Shown: positions 10,028-19,749 of the stretch, in pieces | Layout of the letters: the number at the start of each line of letters is the position of its first letter | How positions within the stretch are numbered: position 1 is the first letter of the stretch | DNA from: an uncultured SAR116 cluster alpha proteobacterium | GTDB taxonomy: Bacteria > Pseudomonadota > Alphaproteobacteria > Puniceispirillales > GCA-002684695 | Direction of reading: 5' to 3' | Assembly: GCA_902532475.1 (NCBI GenBank) | Contig: CACAIE010000006.1 | Span: forward strand, 1,569 to 65,568 | DNA length: 64,000 bases | Notes under the pieces: generated by a model | What the model was told of the DNA's origin: nothing | Databases searched by the model: none | Seen by the model: only the letters and a program-made list of their open reading frames with translations | Made by a program: the position numbers and the translations under genes

Positions 10028-11590
10028 TTAATTGTTTATATCCTTAATAATCTGTTTTGCAGCATTAATCCCTGAGTTTCCGTTTATGCCACCTCCAGGA
10101 TGTGTTCCAGAACCGCAGATATATAACCCAGATAATGGAGTTTTGTAATTTGAGCATTTAAAAACTGGTCGTAATGAGTACATCCTGTCAATTTGAAGTT
10201 CACTATGGTGCCAATGACCTCCAGGAACATTGAAGGAATTTTCAATATCTTGGGGTGATAAGAATTGAGATGCTAAAATTGACTTTTTTATTCCAGGTGA
10301 GAAAGACTCTAACCTTGATAAAACATCATTTTGCAACTTTTCTCTAGATTTTTCCCAACCATTTTTTAAATTATAGGGTGTGTTTTGAATTATAATTGAT
10401 GCTATTGCCGCACCATTTGGCGCAAGTGACTGATCAAAACGATTTGGAAATACTAATTCAAAGTTTGGATCAGTTGGAAGTTCTTGGTACTTTGAAGGGT
10501 TAAAGTTTTTTTCTACATGTTCAATAGAGGGAGCATAGACTATTCTGGATGACAGTTGATTTTCATCAAGGCCTTCAAAAACAGGTATCCTATCAAGTGC
10601 TAGATTTAGTTTTGAAACATTTCCATGGTAACGGAGAGATTTTAACTCTCTAATAAAGCCAGTATCTAATCTTTTGGTGCCAATAAGCTCTAAAAATGTT
10701 AATATAGGGCTAACTGAAGAAAGCACAATTCTTGATTTATATTCATTTCCTTCCTTAGTTATAACGCCATCTATTTTTCCATCTTTAATAATAAAATTTT
10801 TTACTGTTTGACTGAATAAAGTTGTTACACCAGAACTTTCAACAGATGCATAAAAGGATTTTATTAATTGTTCCATGCCACCAACAGGGAAAATTTGTAC
10901 ACCTTGTTGACCGTTAAATTCACCTGAAAATCTGTATAATAATCCCATTAAAGATGTTGGAGATCTAGGGCCAAGACGAATTCCCAAAGTTGAATCAAAA
11001 GAGACTATTCCCGATAAAAGATCACTTTCAATTTCCTCTTCTAGAACGTCAGCAACACACATTAATATCATTCTGAAAAATTCTTGAAACTCCTCTTTCC
11101 CTTGAAGCCGTAAATCCAAGCCTGCTTTAATAAATTTTAACTTTCCAAGAAATGAAATGTTTTCTTGATTGATAGGGGTATTACTAATAAATCGTTTTAA
11201 TAAATTAGCTTGATTAAATAATCGCTTTCTAAGTTTCAGCCAACTATGATTATCCTCTGAATTGATACCTTCAACATTAGAGCCATATTCCCCATTTAAA
11301 AATACATGATTATGATTTTGATCAATCGAAATAGAAGGAATGATTTTATTTTTTATTTCTAGCCCATGATCAAATAAATCTAATTCTTTTATAACCTTAG
11401 AGCTCAAATGATTGATTAAATGAGGAAGAGTGGCAGTATTATACCCTTTAAAAATTTCATTTGAAACAGCCATTCCACCGGGTTTGGAAGAAGACTCTAA
11501 TAAAAGAACTTTTCTGCCACTTTTAGAAAGTTTTACCGCTGCAGCCATTCCATTATGACCTGCACCAACAATAATTACATCATATGACTT
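10028..11590 (-). CDS. Phytoene-desaturase-family FAD oxidoreductase (copy B)
   Basis: GAGHNG, GGHWHH.E, GLYICGSGTHPGGG; likely start ATG 11590 overlaps the upstream stop. Confidence 0.88.
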   Translation of the reverse strand, partial: KSYDVIIVGAGHNGMAAAVKLSKSGRKVLLLESSSKPGGMAVSNEIFKGYNTATLPHLINHLSSKVIKELDLFDHGLEIKNKIIPSISIDQNHNHVFLNGEYGSNVEGINSEDNHSWLKLRKRLFNQANLLKRFISNTPINQENISFLGKLKFIKAGLDLRLQGKEEFQEFFRMILMCVADVLEEEIESDLLSGIVSFDSTLGIRLGPRSPTSLMGLLYRFSGEFNGQQGVQIFPVGGMEQLIKSFYASVESSGVTTLFSQTVKNFIIKDGKIDGVITKEGNEYKSRIVLSSVSPILTFLELIGTKRLDTGFIRELKSLRYHGNVSKLNLALDRIPVFEGLDENQLSSRIVYAPSIEHVEKNFNPSKYQELPTDPNFELVFPNRFDQSLAPNGAAIASIIIQNTPYNLKNGWEKSREKLQNDVLSRLESFSPGIKKSILASQFLSPQDIENSFNVPGGHWHHSELQIDRMYSLRPVFKCSNYKTPLSGLYICGSGTHPGGGINGNSGINAAKQIIKDINN

Positions 11591-13202
11591 CATAGGCACT
11601 TCTTGCATGTTTGGTTGGCTTCTTGAGGTCTCTTAAGATTTCTATAGCTGCGTTTCTTCCGGGAGCCCCCATTACTCCACCACCTGGGTGAGTTGAAGAA
11701 CCACAAATATATAATCCGCTTACAGGGCTTCTGTATTGAGCATATCCTGGGATAGGTCGATTAAAAAGAAGCTGGTCAAAAGTAAGTTCACCTTGAAAGA
11801 TATTACCTTCAGTTAATCCTACTTCATTTTCTAATTCTTTTGGTGTTCGGATTTCCATGTGTATAATCTTTTCTCTGAAACTAGGAGAATATTCTTCTAT
11901 TTGTTTAACAACAGTTTCACCAAACGCCTCTTTGTTAGCTTCAGTCCAATCATTTCCATAAACTTTTGGAGGGCAATATTGAACAAAGCAGCTCATAAAA
12001 TGCTTTCCAGGAGGTGCCATTGTAGGGTCAGTGGTAGTGGGTATCATCATATCAAGAAAAGGGTCTTTGGACCAGGTTCCGTTTTTCCAATCATCGTATG
12101 CTCTTTCCATTCTCTCTATGCTATCTGTAAAGTGGATATCACCCTTTAGGCAAGGATCACCTTTTGGTACCGCTGGAAATTCTGGCATACTATCGAGACC
12201 AATATTAACTTTTCCTGAGGAACCCCGTATTTTAAAATTTTTAACTTTATTTATAAACTTTTTTGGTAGATTTTTTTCATTAACTAATTTTAGAAAGGTT
12301 CTTTTGACATCTGCATTTGAAATTATCGTGGATGAATAATATTCATTACCGTTTTTAAGGGCAACACCTTTAGCAGAATTATTGTTAACTAATACGTTTG
12401 TGACCTCAGACTCAGTTATAATTGTGCCTCCAAGAGATTTAAAAGAGGATGATAGAGCTTGTGTTATTGCTCCCATTCCTCCTCTTGCATATCCCCATGA
12501 ACCAATTGAACCATCTACTTCACCCATATAATGATGAAGTAGAACATAGGCTGTTCCTGGCGACATTGGTCCTAGTGCAGTGCCAATTATACCTGAGACT
12601 GCTAACGATGCTTTTATCACATCATTTTCAAAGTATTCGTCTAAATAATCTGAAATTGACATGGTCCAAAATCTAATTGTTTCTGCCATTTGATTTGGTG
12701 TAAGTTCATTAAACTTTTTAATTAAATAAAAAATCTCAGAAATATCTTTTAACTTAAAGCTAGCTGGGTCAGGTGCAGTCCTCATTAATAGTGGTTGAAT
12801 AAACCGACATTGCCTAGTTACATCTCTAGAATACCTTTCGTAAGCCTCACTGTCTTTGTTGCTAAACCTTGCCATTTCACGCCTTTTTGAATGGTAGTTT
12901 CTATAAGATGCTAAGTAGTCTCCATTTTTGGTGAAAACAGTGCCTCCTTCAATGCCTATGATTTGAAGTCCATGCTTAGGAAGTTCTAAATCACGCATAA
13001 TTTCTGGTCTGAACAAACTGCAGACATATGAACAATTTGAATATAGAATGTTTGGAGTAAGTTCTCTACTTACTGCTGCTCCACCAATCCAATCATTTTT
13101 TTCTAACACTAAAACGTTTAGGCCAGCTTTTTGTAAGTAGCATGCACTCACAAGACCATTGTGGCCGGCACCGATAATAATAGCGTCAAATTTTTGAGTC
13201 AT
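11580..13202 (-). CDS. Phytoene-desaturase-family (PYROXD2-like) FAD oxidoreductase (copy A)
   Basis: GAGHNGLV, GTAYVLLHH, GGMG, GNIFQG, GLYICGSSTHPGGGVMGAPG.NAA. Confidence 0.9.
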   Translation of the reverse strand: MTQKFDAIIIGAGHNGLVSACYLQKAGLNVLVLEKNDWIGGAAVSRELTPNILYSNCSYVCSLFRPEIMRDLELPKHGLQIIGIEGGTVFTKNGDYLASYRNYHSKRREMARFSNKDSEAYERYSRDVTRQCRFIQPLLMRTAPDPASFKLKDISEIFYLIKKFNELTPNQMAETIRFWTMSISDYLDEYFENDVIKASLAVSGIIGTALGPMSPGTAYVLLHHYMGEVDGSIGSWGYARGGMGAITQALSSSFKSLGGTIITESEVTNVLVNNNSAKGVALKNGNEYYSSTIISNADVKRTFLKLVNEKNLPKKFINKVKNFKIRGSSGKVNIGLDSMPEFPAVPKGDPCLKGDIHFTDSIERMERAYDDWKNGTWSKDPFLDMMIPTTTDPTMAPPGKHFMSCFVQYCPPKVYGNDWTEANKEAFGETVVKQIEEYSPSFREKIIHMEIRTPKELENEVGLTEGNIFQGELTFDQLLFNRPIPGYAQYRSPVSGLYICGSSTHPGGGVMGAPGRNAAIEILRDLKKPTKHARSAYEVI

Positions 13203-13239
13203 AATCTTATTTTATTACTAATTTATATAATTTTAAAGA

Positions 13240-13280
13240 ACTTGATAATATGAATTTTATTAAGAAACACTTGATAATAT
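13240..13280. promoter_or_regulatory. 12-bp direct repeat ACTTGATAATAT (13240-13251 and 13269-13280) in a divergent promoter region
   Basis: Exact repeat with a 29-bp period, seen in sequence; function inferred. Confidence 0.4.
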
Positions 13281-13335
13281 TTTGTATATCGTGAAAGATC
13301 TAATAATTAAAGTTTTAATTGAGAGGAAAATAATA

Positions 13336-14397
13336 ATGAAACTAATAAAGAATTTATTAATTGGTCCTTTTGTGGGACTAGCTTTTTTGATTAGTTTTTC
13401 TCTAAGTTCTAACGCAGCTGATAGTGAATTAGTTGTTTTTGACTGGGGAGGATACGAAGACCCGGGTTTCTTTCAAGCCTATGTTGAAAAATATGGCGAT
13501 AGCCCAACATATTCCTTCTTTTCTGATGAAGAGGAAGCATTTCAAAAAGTACGTGCAGGCTTTCGCGCCGATTTGGGACATCCTTGCTCGCAATCAGTTG
13601 TTAAATGGAGAAATGCTGGCATCATAGTACCTATCGATACTTCTCGCCTTAAAAATTGGGACAAGGTAATGCCTAATTTTGCAAATATGGAAGGTTGGAA
13701 TGTTGATGGAAAACAATGGGCTGTTCCAATTGATTGGGGTGCAACTGCCTTGACTTATAATACTGAAGAAGTAAGTGCCGATGAGGCTTCTTCTCTTTAT
13801 GTTTTCGCAGATCCAAAATTTCAAGGCCGTGTATCATTAGTAGATAATGTTGATGATGCTTACGCTTTAGGTTTTCTAGCTGCCGGTATAAGAGATTGGA
13901 ATAAATCAACAGATGCAGACTTTAAAAAAGCTTCCGCTTTTTTACGGGAAGTACATAAAAATGTTCGAACTTATCATGCAGACGGTGCAGAAGGTGCTGA
14001 GCTAATGAAAACCGGTGAAATCTTACTAGAATGGACCTGGAATGAAGTTGCAGCAACTTTAGGCTGGGACGGACTTCCTGTTGCAATGAACCGAGATACT
14101 AAAGAAGGATCTTCAACTTGGGTTTGTGGATACACTATGATGAAAGATGCTCCTGGTTCAGAACAGAAGGCTTATGATTTTCTTGATGCATGGCTGGATG
14201 ACTCATCCGCTGAATACATTCTTACAGAGTGGGGTTATGGCCATTCAAATGGTAAAGTAATGGATGCAATTGGCGAGGAGAATGGGTTTGGATCTCTAGA
14301 AAGCTATGCTGCCAACACTTTATGGCAATCACCTACTGATCCAGCATTGCGTGAAAAAATGATTAAAGAATGGGAACTAATTAAAAGTGGATTTTAA
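13336..14397 (+). CDS. PotD/PotF-family (polyamine/amine) ABC substrate-binding protein
   Basis: Signal peptide, L.VFDWGGY, P.DWG.T...YN, KEG...W; GAGAGG RBS before ATG 13336. Confidence 0.9.
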   Translation: MKLIKNLLIGPFVGLAFLISFSLSSNAADSELVVFDWGGYEDPGFFQAYVEKYGDSPTYSFFSDEEEAFQKVRAGFRADLGHPCSQSVVKWRNAGIIVPIDTSRLKNWDKVMPNFANMEGWNVDGKQWAVPIDWGATALTYNTEEVSADEASSLYVFADPKFQGRVSLVDNVDDAYALGFLAAGIRDWNKSTDADFKKASAFLREVHKNVRTYHADGAEGAELMKTGEILLEWTWNEVAATLGWDGLPVAMNRDTKEGSSTWVCGYTMMKDAPGSEQKAYDFLDAWLDDSSAEYILTEWGYGHSNGKVMDAIGEENGFGSLESYAANTLWQSPTDPALREKMIKEWELIKSGF

Positions 14398-14420
14398 TTA
14401 GTTTTCAAGTTACCTTTATC

Positions 14421-14452
14421 AATTCAGAGGCGATTTTTATCGCCTCTGAATT
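14421..14452. terminator. Bidirectional intrinsic terminator
   Basis: Perfect 14-bp inverted repeat AATTCAGAGGCGAT-tttt-ATCGCCTCTGAATT between convergent genes. Confidence 0.85.
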
Positions 14453-15534
14453 TAATCCAAAAATCCAACTAGACTGTTGACATCCATTTTGAGTTTAACG
14501 GTTTCTCCAATTTTATAATCCATTTGACCAAATGAATTCTGAGCTGAGACACTTAATGCTTTGGCGTTTGAGCCACATTCAATTTTGTAGTAGGTTGTTA
14601 CGCCAAAATAAGAAATATCCGTTATTTTTCCAGAAATTAAACCTTTAGAGTCAGAATTCTTTGTAATAATTGAAATCATTTCTGGTCTAATACCGATAAT
14701 GATTTTGTTATTTGATAACTTTCCAGAAACTTGGTTCTTTGGTATAAAAATGTCCCCCAAGATTTTACTTTTAACCTTAAGACCATCCTTTGTTTCTAAG
14801 GCTTTCTCATTTATAAAATTCATGTCACCAATAAATGAAGCAACTCTTTGAGAGGCAGGTCTTTCATATAGCTTTCTTGGCGAGTCAACTTGTTCAACCT
14901 CTCCATCAAACATGACTGCCACTTTATCGCTCATAGTAAGAGCTTCTTCCTGATCATGTGTCACTAAAATAAAAGTTATTCCTACCGCTCTTTGTAAATG
15001 TCGAAGTTCCAATTGCATTTGTTCACGGAGTTTTTTGTCCAAAGCAGATAAAGGTTCATCAAGCAACAGTACTTTTGGCTTAAGAATTAGAGCTCTAGCT
15101 AATGCAACACGTTGTTTTTGCCCTCCGGATAATGCATTTGCTGATCTTTGGTTTAAGCCCGTCAAACCAACAAGTTCAAGAACCTGACTTATCATTTCAT
15201 CTTTTTCAGCTTTTGAAAGATTTTTTTTACGTAAACCGTATGAAACATTTTGTTCTACATTAAGATGAGGGAAAATCGCATAATTCTGAAAAACCATATT
15301 TGTAGGCCTTAAGTTTGGTTCGACGCCGTCCATAGATTTATTATCAATCAGGATTTTGCCAGAGTTTGGAATTTCAAATCCTGCAATCAGTCTTAATAGT
15401 GTTGTCTTCCCACAACCTGAAGGACCTAATAACGAGAAAAACTTTCCTTGATCTATCTCTAATGAAACCCCTTTTACTGCGTTTACTTCTCCAAAGCTCT
15501 TACTAACATTTTGTACTTGCACTAAATTATTCAT
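14452..15534 (-). CDS. PotA-like ABC ATP-binding protein
   Basis: [24 protein letters not shown]-terminal TOBE region. Confidence 0.93.
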   Translation of the reverse strand: MNNLVQVQNVSKSFGEVNAVKGVSLEIDQGKFFSLLGPSGCGKTTLLRLIAGFEIPNSGKILIDNKSMDGVEPNLRPTNMVFQNYAIFPHLNVEQNVSYGLRKKNLSKAEKDEMISQVLELVGLTGLNQRSANALSGGQKQRVALARALILKPKVLLLDEPLSALDKKLREQMQLELRHLQRAVGITFILVTHDQEEALTMSDKVAVMFDGEVEQVDSPRKLYERPASQRVASFIGDMNFINEKALETKDGLKVKSKILGDIFIPKNQVSGKLSNNKIIIGIRPEMISIITKNSDSKGLISGKITDISYFGVTTYYKIECGSNAKALSVSAQNSFGQMDYKIGETVKLKMDVNSLVGFLD

Positions 15535-15558
15535 TTTTATTTATCCCTATTGTTTCAT

Positions 15559-16356
15559 TTACAAAACAGAACTTCGAGAGTTTACGGCTCTTCTTCTGAA
15601 ATACTCGCTTAAAGAAAGCAAAATAAAAGAAGTGACCAAAAGAAGAGTGCCCAAGGCCATAGTAGTAGGTAATTTTTTTGGAAATCGGAATTGTGCCCAT
15701 ATATACACTGGCAAAGTTGTATCAGTACCAGTTAAAAAGAAAGCAATGATAAATTCATCTAATGATAATGTGAAACCAATCAATAAGCTTGCCATTATTC
15801 CTGGAAAAACAAGGGGTAAAATTATTCTGTAAAACGTACCAAATTGATTTTCTCCTAGGTCCATTGAGGCTTCTTCCAAGCTGATATCTAAGTTATTAAA
15901 GGCAGAGTTCATAATTAAAATTGAGAATGGCATAATTAACAATGTATGACCAAGAACAACACTCCAAAGATTAAGTGATAAGCCTAACTGCATCAGTACA
16001 ATTAAAAGAGCCACCCCTACAATTATTTCAGGTAAAACAAGAGGGGCTAAAATAAATGTTAAAGAAATTTGTTTTCCAGTAAAATCGTATCTTGTTGCGG
16101 ACCTTGAGGCCAGAATGCCCAAAATGGTAGCGAGTACACTTGAAGATACCGCTACAATGAGAGAATTTCTTAATGCTTCATGTAAGGTGCTCTGGTGCAA
16201 AAGGGTTTCGAACCAATGAAAAGTAAACCCAGTTAGCGGAAACGCAATGATTTGACTTGAATTAAAAGAAAAGATTGGTAATAGCAAAGCCGGAGCATAT
16301 AAAAAAATAAGATATGTGAAAGCAAAAAATTTTAGATATTTAGAAGATCTTGTCAA
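15559..16356 (-). CDS. PotC-like ABC permease
   Basis: FLYAP...FSFN, LEEASMDLG EAA loop, SLDEF; TTG start. Confidence 0.92.
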   Translation of the reverse strand: MTRSSKYLKFFAFTYLIFLYAPALLLPIFSFNSSQIIAFPLTGFTFHWFETLLHQSTLHEALRNSLIVAVSSSVLATILGILASRSATRYDFTGKQISLTFILAPLVLPEIIVGVALLIVLMQLGLSLNLWSVVLGHTLLIMPFSILIMNSAFNNLDISLEEASMDLGENQFGTFYRIILPLVFPGIMASLLIGFTLSLDEFIIAFFLTGTDTTLPVYIWAQFRFPKKLPTTMALGTLLLVTSFILLSLSEYFRRRAVNSRSSVL

Positions 16357-16357
16357 T

Positions 16358-17221
16358 CTAGTATCTCCTCAAATATTTTTTATTAAATAACACGAAGACA
16401 ATTGAAATAAACGCCACAATCATTAATGAAGAAGCAGATAAGGCAGCAGCAAGTGGAGCATTATTAGCTTTTGAAAATTGAACTTGTATCATGTTTGCTA
16501 TCATCAGCCCGTCAGTACCTCCAACTAGCTTTGGTGTAATATAATCTCCAACTGTAGGAATAAAAATTATCAAAGCAGCTCCCACAACGCCTGGTGCTGA
16601 AAGTGGTAAAATGACCCTAAAAAATTGATGAAATGGGCCATCCCCCAAGTCTCTGCTAGCTTCTAACAATGATCGATCAATTTTCTCCAGTGAAACAAAA
16701 ATAGGTAAAATGGCAAAAGGTGCCCATCCATGAGTTAATGCTATCACAACAGCATTAGCGTTATATAGGATGAATGTCACAGGCTCGGTAATCATTTCCA
16801 ACCATAATAGCAATGAATTGAAAACTCCATTATAACCCAATATTACTTTCCAGAGGAACATACGAAGTAAATAACTAGTCCAAAAGGGGATTGTGATTAA
16901 AAACAACCATAGTGCCTTTCTTTCACCCCCGTGAAAGGAGATAAAATATGCCATTGGATAAGCAAGCAGAACGGTAAAAAATGTAACCGTAAGTGATATG
17001 ATAAGTGATCTCTGAAAAAGCAATTGATAAACGGGTTGTGTTGCTGCTTCTATATAATTATTAAGAGTAAAAGTTTTATCCAGAACAAGATAATCCTGCG
17101 TCCAGAAACTCAATAAAAACATCATAGTTAATGGAGCAGCCAACAAAAGAAGGCTGAAAATAAAAGGAATAGATAATAGCCGCCAGCCTTTTTTGGTTTC
17201 TGTTCTAATTGCGAAAATCAA
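16358..17221 (-). CDS. PotB-like ABC permease
   Basis: LAYP.AY, PFWTSYL.R, LLEASRDLG. Confidence 0.92.
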   Translation of the reverse strand: MIFAIRTETKKGWRLLSIPFIFSLLLLAAPLTMMFLLSFWTQDYLVLDKTFTLNNYIEAATQPVYQLLFQRSLIISLTVTFFTVLLAYPMAYFISFHGGERKALWLFLITIPFWTSYLLRMFLWKVILGYNGVFNSLLLWLEMITEPVTFILYNANAVVIALTHGWAPFAILPIFVSLEKIDRSLLEASRDLGDGPFHQFFRVILPLSAPGVVGAALIIFIPTVGDYITPKLVGGTDGLMIANMIQVQFSKANNAPLAAALSASSLMIVAFISIVFVLFNKKYLRRY

Positions 17222-18420
17222 AACTTAGCCTTCATCTCTTTGTTTAAATTATAGACTGTATTTGTATCTGGTTCTTTATTTAAACTCAAAATAGGAATGA
17301 TTTTTCGTAAATGGTCATGATGTGATTTAATGCCATATTCTAAGTCTGATAGAAAAAAACCTTCAAATGATTTAGCCTCCATAGCTTCATTAGACCAAAT
17401 GGTTAGTTGAACATCTTCATCAATTGCATGTTGATCAATTCTATTGCTAAGATACCTAGCTAATTTTTGTTTTCTATTTTCTTTTTTATGTCGGTAAATA
17501 GCGCCTCTCAATAAAGTTAATTTAGTAGAAATAGGAAACTCTTGGTAAAACTGAACTAATTCAGGAGTAACAGCTATTACAGCATTAGGAAAAATTCCGA
17601 AGTAGTTCCATGACTTATGAAGTTTTTTAGGCAAATGCTTAGCAGGAGTAGAAAGATTTTTGTAATTTCTTACACTCCAGTATCGCCCAGCCTTTCCAGA
17701 AAACTTTGCATGTGTTTTAGAAGTTCCGTTTACAAAAGGTTCATCAAAATAGTTATTGCCATATAAGTCTTGTAATGAAGGGTGTGCCATAGGAACATGG
17801 TAGCCTTCATTATCTACATCCCTAACTGACTTCCAGTTAACATTTGAAGTTTGTGTCCAAATATCACCTGCAGGGACCATTTCCTCAATTTTGTAATAAG
17901 ATAACTCCTCTTCAAAAGGCATCATAAGTTCTTTTACAGATGGCTGAGGACCCTTATTTAGTCTAACAAAAACAAATCCATTCCATATTTCGCAGTCTAG
18001 CCTTTTGAGCCCAAATTTATTTTTATCTAGTTTAGGAAAAGAACTGGGTTTAGCAGGGCCTCTTAATGAGCCATCAAAATTGTATACCCAACCATGAAAT
18101 GGACAGACAATTGCAGAGCATTTCCCTTTTCTATCAGCAACTACTCTTGAACCTCTATGTCTGCAAAGATTATTAAACGCGCGTATTACTTTTTTATCGT
18201 CTCTAAGTATTAATATTCTCTCTTTGCATATATCAAAAGTGATGTATTCCCCTATAGAACTTACATCTGACTGATGACAGATTAGTTGCCAATGACTATA
18301 AAATAGGCTTTCTTTTTCTATTTCTAATAATTCTGAATTGTGATAGCTCCAACTTGGAAGCCCAGTTCTATCCCATACTTTCGGGACAGAAATATCTCTA
18401 GGAACATTTAGTTTATTCAT
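17218..18420 (-). CDS. Rieske non-heme iron oxygenase alpha subunit (betaine/choline monooxygenase-like group)
   Basis: CRH...CPFH Rieske motif; NWK...D...EGYH....HP mononuclear Fe motif. Confidence 0.9.
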   Translation of the reverse strand: MNKLNVPRDISVPKVWDRTGLPSWSYHNSELLEIEKESLFYSHWQLICHQSDVSSIGEYITFDICKERILILRDDKKVIRAFNNLCRHRGSRVVADRKGKCSAIVCPFHGWVYNFDGSLRGPAKPSSFPKLDKNKFGLKRLDCEIWNGFVFVRLNKGPQPSVKELMMPFEEELSYYKIEEMVPAGDIWTQTSNVNWKSVRDVDNEGYHVPMAHPSLQDLYGNNYFDEPFVNGTSKTHAKFSGKAGRYWSVRNYKNLSTPAKHLPKKLHKSWNYFGIFPNAVIAVTPELVQFYQEFPISTKLTLLRGAIYRHKKENRKQKLARYLSNRIDQHAIDEDVQLTIWSNEAMEAKSFEGFFLSDLEYGIKSHHDHLRKIIPILSLNKEPDTNTVYNLNKEMKAKF

Positions 18421-18450
18421 TGTTAAAAAATCTCTGTGAAGCCAATTTAA

Positions 18451-19659
18451 TTAATTTAATCTAATTTTATTGATAGATATTAAAATAAAAACAAAAATTA
18501 TAAAAGTTATTCCAAATAAAATCTGAGTAAATTGTATATTTGTAAAATCGCTGACTATACCAAAAATCATTGCACCAAGTGCTGCAGAACCCATGTTTAC
18601 CATTGTCCAGATACTCATGACTCTTCCTCTAAACTTATCACTCAACTCAAGTTGAATTTTAGATTGGATTGAAATGCCCAAAGATGTAGCTAAAAAGCCT
18701 AAAATAAAAACTAAAAACAATACAGTATTAAAACTATCAGCAAAACCGATAATTAAAACTGCAATCGGGATAGATAAAGCTAAAATTAAATTACCTTTTG
18801 ATATTCCTAACCCCGCAACTTCTTTGCTTCCCAGTGTTTTGAAAATAGAGGAAACAAGTGCACCAGCTCCTGCAACTGCAGTAATTAAACCTAAACCAGA
18901 TGGACCTTTAGAGAATATACCTTCAGAAATAAGAGGCAAAGTTTCCAAAACCCCCCTTCCTATAAATGCTGTAACACCGCTTAGAATAATAGAAAACTTA
19001 ATAATATTACTTGATAAAATTAATTTCGTTCCCTCAAAAAATGAATACAAAATTGTATTATTTTTGTTTTTTTCTATTTTGAGCTCTCTTGGTTTAATAA
19101 TTGTTATAAAAACCATTGTAGGGAGATAAGCAAATACAGAAAAAAGAATTGTACTATTGACTCCAATCAATTGAATTAAAGTGCCTCCTATTGCAGGGCC
19201 AATTAATCTTGATGTATTAAAATTTACTGCTGTTAACGCTACTACAGAAGGTAGTTGAGAATTATTAACTAACCGAGGAGCCAAAGACATTCTAATAGGG
19301 TGACTAGCTGAAGCAATGACACCAATAAACAAACAGAAAACCGCTAAAATATTTGGATTCAACAAGCTAAAACTTAATGACAAAAATAATAAAAATGAAC
19401 ATACTATCATCGCGCTGTATGATAGAAAGAAAGCTAGGCGAATATTCATCCTATCAATAATTACTCCAAAAAGAGGCCCACTTATAAGGGTAGGAGCCAA
19501 AGTAAGAAAAGCAGTAAAACCAACAAAGCCTGGAGAATTAGTCAGTTCCCATGCAAGCCACCCCAAAACCACTCTTTGAATCCACAGCCCATGAAGAGAA
19601 ATAAAACTTCCCAATAAATACAATCGAAAACCTGGAGATTTTAATGCAGAAATATTCAT
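18451..19659 (-). CDS. MFS transporter
   Basis: About 12 TM segments, G.W.QRV..GWL, SRLIGPAIGG, RGRVMS. Confidence 0.9.
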   Translation of the reverse strand: MNISALKSPGFRLYLLGSFISLHGLWIQRVVLGWLAWELTNSPGFVGFTAFLTLAPTLISGPLFGVIIDRMNIRLAFFLSYSAMIVCSFLLFLSLSFSLLNPNILAVFCLFIGVIASASHPIRMSLAPRLVNNSQLPSVVALTAVNFNTSRLIGPAIGGTLIQLIGVNSTILFSVFAYLPTMVFITIIKPRELKIEKNKNNTILYSFFEGTKLILSSNIIKFSIILSGVTAFIGRGVLETLPLISEGIFSKGPSGLGLITAVAGAGALVSSIFKTLGSKEVAGLGISKGNLILALSIPIAVLIIGFADSFNTVLFLVFILGFLATSLGISIQSKIQLELSDKFRGRVMSIWTMVNMGSAALGAMIFGIVSDFTNIQFTQILFGITFIIFVFILISINKIRLN

Positions 19660-19749
19660 AATCTATTCATAATCTCAGCAAATTATATAGATATTTAGCT
19701 ATGTAGTATATAAGTATTATTTAAGGGAAATTTTTGGTTTTATAAATTA

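Noticed and set aside
10028-13202. Carotenoid or proteorhodopsin retinal synthesis (crtI)
   Set aside because: No crtE, crtB, crtY, blh or rhodopsin gene is present; motifs and context fit the PYROXD2-like subgroup.
19660-19749. LexA (SOS) box upstream of dinB
   Set aside because: No GTTC-N7-GTTC, GAAC-N7-GAAC or CTGT-N8-ACAG is visible.
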